Positions 8,038 to 18,588 of a DNA stretch of 64,000 nucleotides are shown here, piece by piece. The translations under genes and the position numbers were made by a program. The notes below the pieces were generated by a model. The model worked only from the letters and a program-made list of their open reading frames with translations, had not been told where the DNA came from and did no database searches. Each line of letters opens with the position of its first letter. Positions within the stretch are counted from its first letter, which is position 1. This stretch comes from a virus (Duplodnaviria > Caudoviricetes): IMG/VR virus record IMGVR_UViG_3300009130_000028, positions 1,441 through 65,440 of that record; one strand, 5' to 3'.

Positions 8038-8477
8038 AAAGGTGGTTTGTTGTTGTCAAGTTATTATTTATATGGGGCTGTGGTCAGCCTGACCATTACC
8101 ATGTAGAGCAAGAGCCATATCCTTCCAAAGATAGCATACTACAGCTTGCCGATGAGGTGATGGAGTATGTGATACAAAAAGAAAACATAAAGCAATCTGC
8201 TTTAGATTCATTGTCTAGTAGCTTGTTAAATACTAAGAAGCTTAGCTCTGAGCAGATAATAGAGATGTCTAGAGAGCTTAGAAGAAGCAAAAGAGAGAAC
8301 CTTAGTTATGAAAAGGAGCTAGATGATTATAAGACCAAAAGGGTTGTAACTGTAGATTCTGTTATTTATGACATAGATACTATTAAAAAGAATCATTATA
8401 TCACAGACACATTATATGACACTGTTACCATCTATTATGTCGATACTATAAAAAGAAAGAAAAGGAAAAGAAGATAA
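8034..8477 (+). CDS. predicted lipoprotein with coiled coil (spanin-like?)
   Basis: MKRWFVVVKLLFIWG-C signal; DS/DT-rich C-terminal repeats. Confidence 0.5.
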   Translation: MKRWFVVVKLLFIWGCGQPDHYHVEQEPYPSKDSILQLADEVMEYVIQKENIKQSALDSLSSSLLNTKKLSSEQIIEMSRELRRSKRENLSYEKELDDYKTKRVVTVDSVIYDIDTIKKNHYITDTLYDTVTIYYVDTIKRKKRKRR

Positions 8478-10330
8478 TGCTTAAATATTCTCCAGTGGTA
8501 AAAGAGGGCATCCCTGCATACAAGAAGTATAGCAAGGACTGGAAGAAGTATTGGGCATTACAAAAGGATAGGTGCTTAAATGGCTATAAGCCTAGTGGTG
8601 GTGTAAGGATTAATGGTGCTTACTACTTCTATCTAAACTTCTGTAAGATTAGCGCAAGGGATGAGAAGACTAACAGGAAGAGGCTACAGAATCCTTGGTA
8701 TAGGGATTTAGACCACGAATACTTTGATTTGATATATGATGCCAAGAAGAATGGTCATGGGGTCATTGTCTTAAAGGCAAGGGATAAGGGGTTCTCATTT
8801 ATGAACTCTGCATTGCTATTATACGAATGGAGCTTCTATCCGTATAATGAGATAGGCATAGGGGCGGCATCGCCTGTCTATGTAACGTCTGTAAGGAACA
8901 AGGTACTTAATGCCTGGAATAAGCTACCACCAGAGTTTCAGCACAGAAAAGACTTGGCTGATAATGAGTATAGGATGATTGCTGGTCAGAAGGTAAAGCG
9001 TGACGGGGTATGGATGGAAGAGGGCTTTAAGTCAATCATACATTTCAGGTGTATGGATAATCCTGATGCCTTTAGGGGGGAGAGGCTCTCTATGATGATA
9101 TTCGAAGAGGCAGGGGAGTTCAAAGACCTACAAAGAGCATATATGTCTAGTGAGGCTTGCTTTAAAGATGGTGCTGTACAGTATGGAGTACCTATTATTG
9201 GTGGAACATCCAATGTAATGAATAAGTCACAAGACTATATGGAGATGTGGTATAATGCAGAGAAGTACAATCTAAAGCAGTTCTTCATACCAGCTTCTAA
9301 GGCACTATTTGGATTCTTTAATAAGAGAAAAGGAGAAAGCGACATTGAGGGGGCGAAGCAATTCTTTAAGGAAAAAAGAGAAGTTCTATTTAACTCTCCC
9401 GACAAAACAGCCTACTACCTACACATACAAGAGCATCCCCTCTCTCCCGAAGATGCTTTTGTACAGGCTTCTAACACACCATTTGACCTGGAGAAACTAA
9501 ACACCCAGATATCTAGGATACTAAACGATACAAAGCTAAAAGGTACTATTACTAGGGGAACACTAGAATGGAAGAATAGGGCAAAGCTAGAAGTGAAGTG
9601 GATACCACAGGTGGATGGTAAGTTCCAAATACTATACCATCCAAACAAAGAGATGATAAACCTAGACATAGGCGCTGTGGATAGCTACTACCAGACAGAA
9701 GCACCTAACTCACCATCGAAAGGATGTGCTATGATATTCAGAAGATGGAACGAAGGTTCTAAAGCATCTAACCTTCCTATAGCCATGTATCTAGACAGAC
9801 CATATACTAAAGATGAATGGTATGATAACAATTTGAAATTATTTGCGTATTACAATGCTAAGGCGCTGGTAGAATACACAGACGAACAATTTTTTGACTA
9901 TTTTGTAAAACAAAAGGCAACTAAATTTCTTAAAGAAAGACCTAGAAGTGCAGACTCTCCTTGGTCAAAAGTGAGTAATAAATATGGTGTTCATATGAAG
10001 GTTTACCAGAAGAATTTGATAATAGATATGATTGATGACTATGTCAAGAAGTTCTCCGAAGATATTTATTTTTTAGATTTGTTGGAGGATTTAGCTAATT
10101 TTGGGGTTAAGAATACTGATGCTGCCATGGCTTTTGGTATAGCGCTCTTGCATGATTCTGATAATAGTAACGTAAGAGTGATGCATATAGATGACGAAAA
10201 GAAGAAGGAAGAATACTTCTTACCTAGATTCTCTATGCGAGGGGATGGAAGCGTGGCAGTTATTAATAGTAAGAACTTTGGTATGGCTAAAAAAAGTAAC
10301 GACCCATTGGGATTATTTAACAGCTTATGA
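8477..10330 (+). CDS. terL: terminase large subunit
   Basis: YYFYLNF; Walker A variant LKARDKGFS; Walker B IFEEAGE; GGTS coupling motif; RNase H-like GAVDSY; directly upstream of portal. Confidence 0.95.
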   Translation: MLKYSPVVKEGIPAYKKYSKDWKKYWALQKDRCLNGYKPSGGVRINGAYYFYLNFCKISARDEKTNRKRLQNPWYRDLDHEYFDLIYDAKKNGHGVIVLKARDKGFSFMNSALLLYEWSFYPYNEIGIGAASPVYVTSVRNKVLNAWNKLPPEFQHRKDLADNEYRMIAGQKVKRDGVWMEEGFKSIIHFRCMDNPDAFRGERLSMMIFEEAGEFKDLQRAYMSSEACFKDGAVQYGVPIIGGTSNVMNKSQDYMEMWYNAEKYNLKQFFIPASKALFGFFNKRKGESDIEGAKQFFKEKREVLFNSPDKTAYYLHIQEHPLSPEDAFVQASNTPFDLEKLNTQISRILNDTKLKGTITRGTLEWKNRAKLEVKWIPQVDGKFQILYHPNKEMINLDIGAVDSYYQTEAPNSPSKGCAMIFRRWNEGSKASNLPIAMYLDRPYTKDEWYDNNLKLFAYYNAKALVEYTDEQFFDYFVKQKATKFLKERPRSADSPWSKVSNKYGVHMKVYQKNLIIDMIDDYVKKFSEDIYFLDLLEDLANFGVKNTDAAMAFGIALLHDSDNSNVRVMHIDDEKKKEEYFLPRFSMRGDGSVAVINSKNFGMAKKSNDPLGLFNSL

Positions 10331-12600
10331 GTATAACGATATTTCCAAAGCAGAATATACCTGACTCACAAAAGAATAAAAAATGGGTTAAGGACAACAT
10401 CAGTGCGATGATGAGCTATCAGGATTATACCCTCAAATATAATCGTGAAAGGAAAAAAGATTATGAAAACTATCAAATGTATAATGGGGTAATAGACGTT
10501 AAGTCATTTGAATATGTGACTAATGTTTACGGTATAACCTCTCCTGCCAGGTTGGTGAACCACCCCATTATTGCTCCTAAAATAGATTTGCTGGTAGGAG
10601 AGTTTATGAGCCAGCCATTACAGTTTAGTGTAGAGTCTATTGACAAAGACTCTATTACCAAGAAGCTAGAAAAGAAAGCTGGTCTTGTCCTAGAGAAAGT
10701 CCTTAAGCCTATAAGGATGGAGATAGAGAAGGAGCTAGGCATCACAATAGCAGAAGATGATTATGGCTTTGAGATACCTGACGATGTAGATGCTTTTATG
10801 CAGATGAACTTTAGAGAGCAGACAGAAGAGATTGTAGAGAACGGTCTTAACTATCTAATCCAAAGGTATAGCCTAAAGCATCTCTTTAAGACAGGGATGT
10901 ATGACCTGTCTATTACAGGAAAAGAGTTCTATCATGTGTCTATCAAGCAGGGAGACCCATATGTTAGAAGGGTGGACCCCAGGTCATTGATATATGACGT
11001 AGACAGCGAAACAGAGAACCTACAAGACTGCAACTGGGTTGCTGAAGAAAGATATCTTACCGTAAATGAGATACTTGACGAATACGGACCTTGGCTAAAT
11101 GTAGAGGATGTAAATCTTCTTGAAGAGCTAAGGATGGCAGGGTTTGATGATTTGAATAGATATAACAAGCCCTATCAATGGTATTTCAAAGGAACGCAAG
11201 CTTCTCCATTAAGGATTCGTGTTGTTAGCGCAGAGTGGAAATCGCTAAAGACGATGAACTTTAAAATATCAGAAAACAAGTATGACCCTGAAGTGCCTTT
11301 CAGAAAGCTTCTTCCTGACGGGTATAAAAAGAAAAAGGGAGATAACATACAAAGAAAGACAGTTACCGATATATGGCTAGGAACACAAATAGGTCATGAT
11401 ATATTGGTTAATTACAGGCGAAAGCCAAATCAAATAAGAAAAGAAAGTAGTTATTCTAACGCACCACTAAGCTATGTGGGAGTGATACAAAACAATATAG
11501 ATGGTATCACTCTATCTGTTGTTGATGCATTAAAGAACATACAGATACTTTATAACATTGTTATGTACCATATAGAGTTGTCATTAGCTAGAAGTGGTGG
11601 TAAAGCTGTAGTATATGATACATCACAAAAACCAGACGGACTCTCATTGGATGATGTCTTCTACCATGCCAAAAATAGCGGTGTCATACCAATTAATTCC
11701 AAGCAAGAAGGAAACCAAATCTCAACATTCAATCAGTTTCAACAAATCGACTTTACATTATCCAACTCAGTCCAGCAGCTATTGAATCTAAAGATGATGC
11801 TAGAGCAGACAGCGGAGTCTGTTACTGGTATCACTAGGGCAAGAGAAGGGTTTACAAAAACTGATGCTGTCGGTGTTAATGAAAGAAATGTTCTTCAATC
11901 AAGCTTAGTAACACAGCCATTGATTGCTCTTCATAGCAAAGTTATGGAGTATGTGTTTCAGCAATTAGCTGATTTGATGAAGATAGCCTGGAATGATGGA
12001 AGGAAAATATCTTATGTCCTTGGCGACTATAGGGCTAAGTTCTTTGAGGTGACCTCAGACATACGAAATAGGGATATGGGTATATTTGTTACTAACACTG
12101 GTAAGAACAAGCAAGATAAAGAAGCATTCCTTCAGTTTGCTCAATCTGCATTACAGGCAGGAGGCGTTGACTTCCTTGATGTAATAAAGGTTTATAACTC
12201 AGATACTGCAAGGGAGGCAGAGGCTGTCCTTGAAAGTGGTCTTAATGCTATGAAGCAGCAACAGTCACAGATGCAAGAGCAACAGATGGAGATGCAACAA
12301 CAGGCACAACAGGCAGAGGCACAGGCTAAGCAGGCTGAACAGCAAAGCGACGAGGCTGATAGACAAACCAAGCTTGAAGTTGCTAAGATTAATGCAGATA
12401 CCATGCTCAAGACCACTCAGATGAAGATTGATGGCGGTCAGGAAACGCAAGACTTTAGGCAGAAGCATGATATGGATATGTCTATGCTTAATGCTTCTAA
12501 TGACATGGGTAAAAAAGAATTTGACAAAGAGCTAGAAGCTAAAGATAAGTCCACTGAGCAAGTTCTTAGTGATGCTGATAAGAAAGTAAAAGATAAATAA
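10327..12600 (+). CDS. portal protein (crAss-like)
   Basis: follows terL; PIIAPKIDLLVGE and TGITRAREG motifs; Gln-rich C-terminal barrel coiled coil. Confidence 0.92.
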   Translation: MSITIFPKQNIPDSQKNKKWVKDNISAMMSYQDYTLKYNRERKKDYENYQMYNGVIDVKSFEYVTNVYGITSPARLVNHPIIAPKIDLLVGEFMSQPLQFSVESIDKDSITKKLEKKAGLVLEKVLKPIRMEIEKELGITIAEDDYGFEIPDDVDAFMQMNFREQTEEIVENGLNYLIQRYSLKHLFKTGMYDLSITGKEFYHVSIKQGDPYVRRVDPRSLIYDVDSETENLQDCNWVAEERYLTVNEILDEYGPWLNVEDVNLLEELRMAGFDDLNRYNKPYQWYFKGTQASPLRIRVVSAEWKSLKTMNFKISENKYDPEVPFRKLLPDGYKKKKGDNIQRKTVTDIWLGTQIGHDILVNYRRKPNQIRKESSYSNAPLSYVGVIQNNIDGITLSVVDALKNIQILYNIVMYHIELSLARSGGKAVVYDTSQKPDGLSLDDVFYHAKNSGVIPINSKQEGNQISTFNQFQQIDFTLSNSVQQLLNLKMMLEQTAESVTGITRAREGFTKTDAVGVNERNVLQSSLVTQPLIALHSKVMEYVFQQLADLMKIAWNDGRKISYVLGDYRAKFFEVTSDIRNRDMGIFVTNTGKNKQDKEAFLQFAQSALQAGGVDFLDVIKVYNSDTAREAEAVLESGLNAMKQQQSQMQEQQMEMQQQAQQAEAQAKQAEQQSDEADRQTKLEVAKINADTMLKTTQMKIDGGQETQDFRQKHDMDMSMLNASNDMGKKEFDKELEAKDKSTEQVLSDADKKVKDK

Positions 12601-12601
12601 T

Positions 12602-12611
12602 TATATTTGTA
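12602..12611 (+). promoter_or_regulatory. Bacteroidota-type -7 promoter element
   Basis: TATATTTGTA right after the portal stop, about 20 nt before ATG 12631. Confidence 0.5.
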
Positions 12612-12630
12612 TAACTCAAAAATTAATGTT

Positions 12631-13650
12631 ATGATTGAAGATAAAGAAAAGTCTGCTATTGCAGAAGAAGTTACAGACAGTCCTACTGAGGACACACAAT
12701 TTGAAGCCGATAGGTTTATTGGCGACAATGAAGAACCTGAAAAGGAAGAGAAAGAAGAAGAGCCACAAGAAGAGATAGAGGACAAGCAAGAAGAAGAGAC
12801 GGAGGAAGAAGTAAAAGAAGAGTCGTCTTTTACTTGGGAAGAGGAAGAGAAGGAAGAAGAACAGGAGGAACCAGAAGAGAAAGAAGAGAAGGAAGAGAAG
12901 GAAGAGAAGGAAGAGCAGGAAGAGGAAGAAGAGCAGGAAGAGGAAGAAGGCGAAGGATGGGAGTCTTTGGCTGAAGAGCTAGAGATAGATGCTGAGTCCT
13001 ATGAAGAATTTAAAGATACGCTTTTGCAGCAGAAAGAATTGGCTTCTGCAGGAGCTACAAATAAAACCATAGAGTCTCTCAAAGGCTTCACCCAAATGGA
13101 GGATGAAGAACTTATGAGGACAGAACTCAAAGCTCAAGAATATTCCGATGAGGATATTGATGATGAGATTGATATTATGGTCGAGAACGGTACTCTGAGG
13201 CAAAATGCCAGGAGGGTACGCAAAGATATTGAAAAGGCTATCAAGATTGAATCCGAAAAAGTCTTGTCAGGGGAAGAAACACTTGATGCAAAGCAACAAG
13301 AGGAAGCTGACGAGATAAGAGCCGAACTGAAGGAACATTTGTCGAAGACAGAGAAGATTTTTGGAGGTAAGGTTTCGGAAAAGCAGAGGAATGAGCATTT
13401 TGATTATATTGATTCGGGGGATTTCTTCGATGATATATCTAAAGATGCTTCGTCTATTTCGGATGCAGCTTGGTTGTGGAAGAACAAGGATAGAATATTG
13501 AAAGGCTACAAAACAAAAGGTTTTGAGCAAGGGAAAGCTTCCGTAATTAACAGCTTGGAAAATCCTGAGACCAGTAGGTCTACTAGGATTCCTGAGCCAG
13601 ATACTGGGGATTTTAACCCTAGTAGATTTATTGATAACGAAACGATGTAA
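12631..13650 (+). CDS. acidic scaffolding-like protein
   Basis: extremely Glu-rich N-terminus, between portal and MCP; start moved from TTG 12607 to ATG 12631 because the TTG lies inside the promoter-like element. Confidence 0.75.
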   Translation: MIEDKEKSAIAEEVTDSPTEDTQFEADRFIGDNEEPEKEEKEEEPQEEIEDKQEEETEEEVKEESSFTWEEEEKEEEQEEPEEKEEKEEKEEKEEQEEEEEQEEEEGEGWESLAEELEIDAESYEEFKDTLLQQKELASAGATNKTIESLKGFTQMEDEELMRTELKAQEYSDEDIDDEIDIMVENGTLRQNARRVRKDIEKAIKIESEKVLSGEETLDAKQQEEADEIRAELKEHLSKTEKIFGGKVSEKQRNEHFDYIDSGDFFDDISKDASSISDAAWLWKNKDRILKGYKTKGFEQGKASVINSLENPETSRSTRIPEPDTGDFNPSRFIDNETM

Positions 13651-13672
13651 TAACTTTTAATTTTAAAACAAA

Positions 13673-15043
13673 ATGAGATTTCATACAGGGTCTTACGGAA
13701 AGGAGACTATTGAGAACAATTCGTTAGTAACGAACCTCTTAAAGTATCCTGAAATTAGTAAAGCACTTATCCGTCAATTTCCTCAGTACTCCTTGACATA
13801 TTTCTTGGAAGGAACAGGTCGCTTTGCTAAAGAAGAATTAATTGGCGACAATGCCTTTAAATGGGCAATCTTAGGAAGGTTGAATCGACCATCTACTTGT
13901 ACTGGTACAACTGCTGGAACAGGTGTTGGTAATACAACTTTTACAGTTGAGTTTGTTGAAAACTTTTTAAATGCTAACGACGTTGTTAGATTTAAAGACG
14001 GAACACAAGCTATCGTAATCGGAGACTTGGTTGTTTCTGGTGGTGGATTTACTGCTACTTTGAAACTGCAAACCAACTCTAATACTGCTACTTTCGTTGC
14101 TGCTAACGCTGCTGCTGGAGAAACAGTTAATACGATTGGCTCTAACTTTCCTGAAGGTTCAGACAAAGGATATGAGAATCATGTATATCCTGACTGGTAT
14201 GTAAACTATCTAACTACTGCTCGTAAAGCTAAGTCTATTACAGGCTCTGCTCTTACTGACGTTACTTGGATAGAAAACAATGGTCAGCGATTGTGGTTCT
14301 TTACAGACCAAAATATCGTTATGGAAGAATACCTATATCAGCTTGAGTTAAGCCGATGGTATGGTAGAAGCACGATGGATATCAACGGTAATGGTCTTGT
14401 AACCGATGCTGATGGAAAAACTTTAGTTGCTGGTGATGGGTTATTATCACAAATTGATGCAGCTAACGTAGACACTTATACTGGAGGTCTTTCTGAAGAT
14501 ATCATCTTAGATTTTATTGCTAACCTTTCTCTTAATACAGGAAAGAAGAATAGCTCTTGGATGGTTTTCACAGGAACTGCTGGTAGAGTGGCATTCCACA
14601 GAGCAATGCGTGATTTGATATTCCAAGGCGATGCAATGATTTATGACATTGACGCTGGAAGGGATATTCAAATTGGTGTGAACTATAATGTATACTATGC
14701 TTTAGGGCATAAAATCACATTGGTTCATAACCCATTGTTTGATGACCAAAACCTTCACACTGACATTGACCCAACTTCAGGATATCCAAAAGAGTCCTTT
14801 AGAATGGTGTTTATGGACATGGGGGTAACTAATGGTGTATCTAACGTAGAAGTCAAGGTTAAAGGTGCTGGTGGTGTTGACCGAGGAATGATTGTAAAAT
14901 ACATTCCAGGTATGGTTAATCCATTCGACCAAAAATCTATGGTTTCTTCCAATGCTAAGGATGGCTTCACTTGTGAAGTTCTTTCCGAGTCAGGATTGGT
15001 AGTTAGAAATCCATTGTCTTGTGGTCAGTTGTTAAAGGCGTAA
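13673..15043 (+). CDS. major capsid protein (crAss-like)
   Basis: 456 aa; position; motifs EGS..., GDGLLSQI, VFTGTAG, GHKITLVHNPLFD, YIPGM. Confidence 0.9.
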   Translation: MRFHTGSYGKETIENNSLVTNLLKYPEISKALIRQFPQYSLTYFLEGTGRFAKEELIGDNAFKWAILGRLNRPSTCTGTTAGTGVGNTTFTVEFVENFLNANDVVRFKDGTQAIVIGDLVVSGGGFTATLKLQTNSNTATFVAANAAAGETVNTIGSNFPEGSDKGYENHVYPDWYVNYLTTARKAKSITGSALTDVTWIENNGQRLWFFTDQNIVMEEYLYQLELSRWYGRSTMDINGNGLVTDADGKTLVAGDGLLSQIDAANVDTYTGGLSEDIILDFIANLSLNTGKKNSSWMVFTGTAGRVAFHRAMRDLIFQGDAMIYDIDAGRDIQIGVNYNVYYALGHKITLVHNPLFDDQNLHTDIDPTSGYPKESFRMVFMDMGVTNGVSNVEVKVKGAGGVDRGMIVKYIPGMVNPFDQKSMVSSNAKDGFTCEVLSESGLVVRNPLSCGQLLKA

Positions 15044-15067
15044 TTAACTAATAAAGCTTAAGAAAAT

Positions 15068-15784
15068 ATGGAAAGTAATGTTACAGGCTACTATGCTAAA
15101 GTGATTGATAATAAACTTATTGACAAATATAAGGGTGCAACTGTCGAAGTTAGGATGGTTAATCCTAAAAGAACGGGTACAGTGTTTTTAAGAGAGTATA
15201 ATGATTCTGCCACTGGAGAGCTAAGGGATTTCGTAGATTCCTTTGGCAAGACCAGGGTGAAGAAATATACTAAGGCACTCACTGTTTTAAATCTTGATAA
15301 TGTAGATGACTTAATTGAATATCTTCATATTAAAGACCACCCTATATATGTCAAGAGTGCTCATCCCATAATGAAGGTTATTGATATAACTGAAGAGGCA
15401 GAAAGTAGTATTGACAAAAGAGAATCCGCATTAGATGCGATGCTTATAGCCAAAGATTTGCGTGGCGAAAAGCTTGCTGACTTTGCAAGAGTTCTTGGTA
15501 TCAATACCACTGGTGTCTTGGAATCTGTTATTAAGTCTCAGGTTTATGACAATGCTGAGAGAACTCCGAAAGAGTTTCTACAGTCTTGGAATGACCCCGA
15601 CAGGACTTTCAAGCAGATATTGTTTAAAGGGAAAAATACGAAAGTATTCACCCATATCAATAGTGTGTGGAAGTATAGAGATGTCACTATGGGAGTCAAA
15701 ATAGAAGAGGCAATATCGTGGCTAAAGGAGAATGAGGACTTAACCCCTTCCATTAGGAAGGAAATTAATAGTCATAAAGTATGA
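15068..15784 (+). CDS. conserved crAss-like structural protein downstream of MCP
   Basis: synteny; helical 238 aa ending MG...EAISWL. Confidence 0.7.
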   Translation: MESNVTGYYAKVIDNKLIDKYKGATVEVRMVNPKRTGTVFLREYNDSATGELRDFVDSFGKTRVKKYTKALTVLNLDNVDDLIEYLHIKDHPIYVKSAHPIMKVIDITEEAESSIDKRESALDAMLIAKDLRGEKLADFARVLGINTTGVLESVIKSQVYDNAERTPKEFLQSWNDPDRTFKQILFKGKNTKVFTHINSVWKYRDVTMGVKIEEAISWLKENEDLTPSIRKEINSHKV

Positions 15785-16401
15785 CGTTTGCTGAGATGCA
15801 AGAGAGATTAGATGTTCTGCTTGATAAAAGCGACCTATCGTGGTTCGTTTCTCAAGAGAAGGATATCTTTTTGAACTTCGCTGTAAATGAATTCGTCAAA
15901 AAAAGGTACTCAGAGTTTGAGACAAATGAAAAAAGAAGGGAGGACATTAGAACGCTAATAACATCCCTCACAGATGGTACAGGCACTTCTGTTGTCACCC
16001 TCCCTTCGGATTTCATGTTTGCTTTGAGTTTAAAGGGTGTTTTTCCAGTCACTGAATGCGGAACGGTTGAAAATAAAGAAAACTTTATACGACCAATTCA
16101 GCATGATGATATCAATAAGATATTGGAAGACCCCTTTAACAAGCCTTTGAATTCAAATCCAGTGTACATCTCAACATCGTCTACCTTTGCGATACAGAGT
16201 GAAACTGCTCCAATTTCTTGGGAATTAGTTTATATAAAAACGCCAGTAGTTGTGGATGCTACTAACTTTCCTAATAACACATTAGACCTTCCTTCTTACA
16301 CGCATGAAGAGATAGTAAATCTTGCTGTAAGGAAGATGCTATATGATATAGGAAGTCCACAATATCAAGTTCAATTAAATGAAATTCAAAATCAAGAATA
16401 A
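15781..16401 (+). CDS. tail ring / head-tail adaptor protein
   Basis: EKDIFLN...FETNEKRREDIRTL; YIKTP; LP...HEEIVNLAV pattern of crAss ring proteins. Confidence 0.8.
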   Translation: MTFAEMQERLDVLLDKSDLSWFVSQEKDIFLNFAVNEFVKKRYSEFETNEKRREDIRTLITSLTDGTGTSVVTLPSDFMFALSLKGVFPVTECGTVENKENFIRPIQHDDINKILEDPFNKPLNSNPVYISTSSTFAIQSETAPISWELVYIKTPVVVDATNFPNNTLDLPSYTHEEIVNLAVRKMLYDIGSPQYQVQLNEIQNQE

Positions 16402-16403
16402 TT

Positions 16404-16604
16404 ATGAATTATAGTGATATGTTAAAGTCGGAGCTTATTGAAGAATGCAAACGCAGAGGTTTGTCCTATAAAGGTACAAAAGCTGTAATTATTAAGGTGT
16501 TAGAGTCTGATGATAAGTCTGCAAAGAAAGATGCTCCTAAAGAGAAAAAGCCTGCTCCAGTGAGGGTTTTTAACCCAATGCTGCATAGGTACGAATATAA
16601 ATAA
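16404..16604 (+). CDS. small SAP/HeH-domain protein
   Basis: YSDMLKSELIEECKRRGLSYKGTKAVIIKVL matches the SAP consensus. Confidence 0.7.
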   Translation: MNYSDMLKSELIEECKRRGLSYKGTKAVIIKVLESDDKSAKKDAPKEKKPAPVRVFNPMLHRYEYK

Positions 16605-16631
16605 ATGTTAAATTGTTAAAAATCAAATAAA

Positions 16632-17384
16632 ATGAAAATTTCTAAATATAAAGTTTATGACTCTGGAACAGGAATTGGTGCTATAGGAGCACAATTTGCT
16701 GGTGGAGAGTTTGTTGGAGGTGGTACTGCTGATGCTTCTGTTAACTGGTCAGGTGTTCCTGTTCCAAGTATCGTAGAAGTAAGCAAGGCTGCTGCTGTAA
16801 CTGCTGATGTAGCATGGACAGAAACATATACTCCTGCTGTTTTTGCAGCTGGCAATGAATGGATTCTTACTCTTGAATATGCTGATTCCCGTCAAAAAGG
16901 AAGAAAAGTATTCAAGGAGTCTTATGTTGCTGGAGATACTGCTACAACAGTATGTGACAGATTCAGAGCGCAAGTGGCTGCTTCTAGCCTTCCCTTAACA
17001 GGAAGCGGAACAACTACCTTGATTCTTACTGCTGTTGCTGGAGCTGGTGTAAACTATGTTTCAACAGTAGGTGCAGTAGGAACTGCAACATTTGCTGCTA
17101 GTGCATTAACACTGGATGCTCAAGCTGATACGTCTGCTAGACTATCTGCTAAGTATGATGGTGTAAGCGCTTCTGACTTTGGTTCTACAACAGACCAGTA
17201 TGATACTTACATTGTTAAGTATTTAGACCATGTAGCCTCTTCTGATGGACAGATTGGCTCTTTGGCTTCTGCTGCTTTGTTTATTGACCAGGCAACAGCT
17301 ACTACTGCTCTTGATGATGCTATTAATGGCAACTACACTGCTGTTACTGAGCAAGATGGAGCTATTGCAGTTGGTTCTGTGTAA
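16632..17384 (+). CDS. auxiliary capsid/decoration protein
   Basis: Ala/Thr/Gly-rich beta-type protein followed by a strong terminator. Confidence 0.6.
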   Translation: MKISKYKVYDSGTGIGAIGAQFAGGEFVGGGTADASVNWSGVPVPSIVEVSKAAAVTADVAWTETYTPAVFAAGNEWILTLEYADSRQKGRKVFKESYVAGDTATTVCDRFRAQVAASSLPLTGSGTTTLILTAVAGAGVNYVSTVGAVGTATFAASALTLDAQADTSARLSAKYDGVSASDFGSTTDQYDTYIVKYLDHVASSDGQIGSLASAALFIDQATATTALDDAINGNYTAVTEQDGAIAVGSV

Positions 17385-17392
17385 TTATAATT

Positions 17393-17419
17393 AAAGGGGA
17401 GGGGGAACTCTCCCCTTTT
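17393..17419 (+). terminator. rho-independent terminator
   Basis: AAAGGGGAGGG-GGAA-CTCTCCCCTTTT hairpin with T tract. Confidence 0.85.
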
Positions 17420-17429
17420 ATAAAACTTA

Positions 17430-18125
17430 TTGATGGCTACTTTAAATGAACTTGCATATAATGTTCTGAATATCGCTAGGGGTGGGTTGTCTAGTGATGA
17501 TGATAGGCTTAATGTTCGCCAAATTAAATTTTGGATAGGATACTATAGAGCCAAATTAACTTTCGAATATTTCAATGCTGGCAAGGGTATAGACCCACAG
17601 CTTATGCAAGACATGGGAGTGTTAAAGCTAAAAGAAGTAGATTCTGCAGATTCTCAATTAGCATATTGGGGATGTCCTATTAAATATGCTACCATACCTA
17701 AGTTGATAGACCTACCAAACCAGGCTGGTCTTGTCTTCGTTGGTCTTGTAGATAAGAGGACACCAATAGTCATATCACCGCCTAATGTTGTTCAGTATAG
17801 AAGCCATGCAAGGTTTACTGGAGATATGAGAAAGGCATATATGGTTGGTAATAGGCTATATGTGACAGACCCCTTTAATGAGGATTTGTGTTATATTAAT
17901 GTTAGGGGGATATTTGATGACCCCACTGCAGTAGAATGGGTGGATGAGAATGGTGTCACCCATTGTATTAAAGATGATGAAGAGTATCCAATGCCAGAAC
18001 ATTATGTGTCAGACATTGTTGCTAGAATCATGCAGTTTGAATTAAATATGCTTATAAGAACGTCTAATGATGAGGTAAATGACAGCGTTGAAACAGAGCA
18101 AGTTCCTGTCGCCCAACAACAGTAA
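17430..18125 (+). CDS. tail ring protein
   Basis: TLNELAY...SSDD..L..RQIKFWI..YRA and INVRGIFDDP...EYPMP patterns. Confidence 0.8.
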   Translation: MMATLNELAYNVLNIARGGLSSDDDRLNVRQIKFWIGYYRAKLTFEYFNAGKGIDPQLMQDMGVLKLKEVDSADSQLAYWGCPIKYATIPKLIDLPNQAGLVFVGLVDKRTPIVISPPNVVQYRSHARFTGDMRKAYMVGNRLYVTDPFNEDLCYINVRGIFDDPTAVEWVDENGVTHCIKDDEEYPMPEHYVSDIVARIMQFELNMLIRTSNDEVNDSVETEQVPVAQQQ

Positions 18126-18588
18126 GAAGTATGTTACTTTATATGGGATATATTTACACGCTCTTCCTTTTATGGAAAGAGAATCAGAAAGACTTGGCAT
18201 AAGAGTTCCCAAATACAATAAGTTTTCGTTTATAGTAAGGAAGTACTTGGATGAGGTATTCAAGTTAGCTATCTTTAAGCACAAGGCAATACAATTGCCT
18301 CAAAAGCTTGGAAAGATATTTTGTTCTAAGGTGCTTTGCACAAGATATACCCCTCACTATAAATATTTTACGGGAGGGGAAGATAGTAAGGCTCTTGACA
18401 GAAGATTTGATGTAGATAGGTTTGATGGGTACTTTTTTGTTCTTTACCTAGCGTTGTGTAAAAAGTTTAGTAGGAGGTATAAGTTTGATGCTGCAAAAAG
18501 ATGGAAAAGAGCATTGTTTGGAAATGTTCTTGATGGGAGTGATTACCCAGTAATAGGCTCTATGCTTCCATCACAGGAAACGTCATGA
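18079..18588 (+). CDS. IHF/HU-like protein
   Basis: IQLPQKLGKIF motif; lies between ring and tail-tube genes as in crAss-like phages; start uncertain. Confidence 0.55.
   Translation: MTALKQSKFLSPNNSKKYVTLYGIYLHALPFMERESERLGIRVPKYNKFSFIVRKYLDEVFKLAIFKHKAIQLPQKLGKIFCSKVLCTRYTPHYKYFTGGEDSKALDRRFDVDRFDGYFFVLYLALCKKFSRRYKFDAAKRWKRALFGNVLDGSDYPVIGSMLPSQETS

Noticed and set aside
12730-12960. GAA/GAG-rich low-complexity tract as a DNA repeat element
   Set aside because: Explained by the poly-Glu coding sequence of the scaffold-like protein
8477-15043. Introns or inteins in terL, portal or MCP
   Set aside because: The ORFs are uninterrupted and of normal length, with no intein-like insertion evident
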